Shown here piece after piece: positions 62,474-64,000 of a DNA stretch of 64,000 nucleotides. The stretch's first letter is position 1, and each line of letters opens with the position of its first letter. Under the pieces are notes generated by a model that saw only the letters and a list, made by a program, of their open reading frames with translations, made no database searches and was not told the origin of the DNA. This stretch comes from an uncultured Planctomycetota bacterium (GTDB lineage: Bacteria > Planctomycetota > Planctomycetia > Isosphaerales > Isosphaeraceae): positions 6,240,001 through 6,304,000 of the forward strand of contig CAVTTN010000002.1 of NCBI GenBank assembly GCA_963737655.1, in the 5' to 3' direction. The position numbers and the translations under genes are program-made.

Positions 62474-63475
62474 ATGCCCGCGAACCCGCCGTCGTGGAAA
62501 TCCCTGAAGGCGCTGAACCGGCCCGAGATGGTCTTCTGCGTGGCCCACGTCCCGGGAGGCCGCCGCGTCGTCTTCGGCGGGTCCGATTTCGGGGTCTATG
62601 ACGTCGATTTCGCCCAGGAGAAGCCGGCCCCCCGGAAGATCGGCGACCACGAGAGCTACGTGAACGCCGTGGCCCTCGCCGGCCGGTCGATCGTCTCGGG
62701 CGGATACGACGGCAAGCTGATGTGGTGGGACCTCGATTCCGGCACGCCGGTCCGCTCGATCGCCGCGCACTCCCGGGCGATCCGCGACGTGGCCGCGTCG
62801 CCCGACGGCTCGTTCGTCGTCTCGGTCGGCGACGACATGGCCTGCCGGATCTGGGACGCCCGGACCGGAATCCGCCGATTCGACCTCGCCGGCCACGCGG
62901 AGATGACCCCGCATCACTTCCCGTCGATGCTCTACGCCTGCGCCGTCTCGCCCGACGGCCGATTCGTGGCCTCCGGCGACAAGGTCGGCCACATCGTCGT
63001 CTGGGACGCGTCGACCGGCCGATCGGTCACGACCCTCGAAACGCCCGTGATGTACACCTGGGACCCGACCCAGCGGAGGCACTCGATCGGGGGGATTCGC
63101 GCCCTGGCGTTCTCGCCCGACGGCGCGAAGCTGGCCGTCGGAGGGATCGGGCCGATCGGCAACATCGACCACCTCGAAGGGCTCGCCCGGGTCGAGGCGT
63201 TCGACTGGACCAGCGGCAAGCGGCTCTATGAATTCCCGGGAGAATCGACCAAGGGGATCGTCGAGAAGCTCCTGTTCCTGCCCGACGGCCGCCGAATCCT
63301 GGCCGTCGGCGGCGCCAACGACGGATTCGTGATGATCCTGGACCTGGACGCCAAGGGTGCATTGATGCAGGAGAAGGCCCCGGCCCACGTCCACGACGTC
63401 GCGTTCGGCGACTCGGCCGAGACCGTCTTCACCGCCGCCCACGCGAGGCTCGCGGAGTTCGAGATGAAGGCGTAG
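62474..63475 (+). CDS. WD40-repeat beta-propeller protein
   Basis: HESYVNAV..VSGGYDGKLMWWD, H..AIRDVAASPDG..IWD, SPDG..VVWD. Confidence 0.92.
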   Translation: MPANPPSWKSLKALNRPEMVFCVAHVPGGRRVVFGGSDFGVYDVDFAQEKPAPRKIGDHESYVNAVALAGRSIVSGGYDGKLMWWDLDSGTPVRSIAAHSRAIRDVAASPDGSFVVSVGDDMACRIWDARTGIRRFDLAGHAEMTPHHFPSMLYACAVSPDGRFVASGDKVGHIVVWDASTGRSVTTLETPVMYTWDPTQRRHSIGGIRALAFSPDGAKLAVGGIGPIGNIDHLEGLARVEAFDWTSGKRLYEFPGESTKGIVEKLLFLPDGRRILAVGGANDGFVMILDLDAKGALMQEKAPAHVHDVAFGDSAETVFTAAHARLAEFEMKA

Positions 63476-63483
63476 CGGCTGCC

Positions 63484-63715
63484 GTGGGCTGTCCCTAAAA
63501 AATTGTGTCAGATCGGCTCCGTAGACAACCCCTTCGAAGGATCGATCGGAGTAGGTCCGACTTCAGTCGGGCCTACAGGAATCTTCTTTTCGGAGGCCCG
63601 ACTGAAGTCGGACCTACTCGTTTCCTCATTCTCAATCGGGGCTTCTACAGAGCAGTGTCAGATCGATTTTTCGCCGCCAAAAATCGATCCGACACCATTT
63701 TTAGGGACAGTCCAC
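63484..63715. mobile_element. Nested non-autonomous palindromic elements (MITE-like) containing a second GTAG REPIN type at 63551..63617
   Basis: Outer IR GTGGGCTGTCCCTAAAAA / TTTTTAGGGACAGTCCAC; direct repeat GTGTCAGATCG at 63505 and 63655; inner IRs. Confidence 0.75.
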
Positions 63716-63727
63716 AGCCGCCGCGAC

Positions 63728-64000
63728 CTACCCGCGATACAGCCCCGCGATCGGCGAGCCGATCGTCGCCGGATAAGGCCGCCCGACGGGGTCCTCATAC
63801 GGCGATTCGGGGTCGATCCCCAGGGCCGCGAGGATCGTGGCCGAGACGTCCCACGGGCCGAACCGCTCGGAGCGGGGATAGGCCGCGATCCGGTCCGAGC
63901 CGCCGAGGACGGCCCCTCGCGACACCCCCGCGCCGGCCATCGCGATCGAATAGACGTTCGCCCAGTGCTTGCGGCCGGGGCCCTCGCCCGCGAACCGGGC
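63728..64000 (-). CDS. DUF1501 protein, C-terminal part, truncated by the window edge
   Basis: GPGRKHWANVYSIAMAGAGV..GGSD..AYP..DVSATILAALGIDP. Confidence 0.85.
   Translation of the reverse strand, partial: ARFAGEGPGRKHWANVYSIAMAGAGVSRGAVLGGSDRIAAYPRSERFGPWDVSATILAALGIDPESPYEDPVGRPYPATIGSPIAGLYRG

Noticed and set aside
60578..63475. Apparent 965-aa DUF1501-WD40 fusion
   Set aside because: Produced by the frameshift near 61790; the DUF1501 C-terminus with its own stop (62435) lies in another frame.
59371..63475. DUF1553-DUF1501-WD40 cluster as a novel system
   Set aside because: Function is unknown, but this is a well-known, highly paralogous planctomycete arrangement with nothing distinctive here.

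Overview
High-GC chromosomal segment of a planctomycete, most likely Isosphaeraceae. This is inferred from lineage-typical families: DUF1501, DUF1549/DUF1553, DUF4058, Uma2, a PVC-type heme-binding protein, an LETRQLLS N-terminal motif, PEP-CTERM and an ECF/Ser-Thr kinase pair. In order, the window holds: an ECF sigma plus Ser/Thr kinase-TPR module; a glycosyltransferase/Wzx cluster; a 1650-aa multi-cofactor redox protein plus ThuA; an orphan histidine kinase with a membrane-anchored class II cytochrome c; a sulfatase; carB; Uma2 genes; glgC; an hpt-GT4-GT4 run interrupted by a toxin-antitoxin pair and a complete IS630; a PEP-CTERM gene; an uncharacterised wHTH plus membrane-protein pair; ECF/ZAS anti-sigma; DUF433/DUF5615; kdsD-kdsC plus a giant putative Lpt-type protein; an S53 peptidase; a LacD-like aldolase; nucA-nuiA-alkaline phosphatase; LarA-like, Anbu and class II GATase genes; and a DUF1553-DUF1501-WD40 cluster. 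Several REP/REPIN/MITE-like palindrome families lie between genes, one set nested. About 11 single-base frameshifts, mostly in G/C runs and several in housekeeping genes, most likely reflect long-read errors. No rRNA, tRNA or CRISPR array was recognised. All family calls come from motif recognition by eye; no database search was run.
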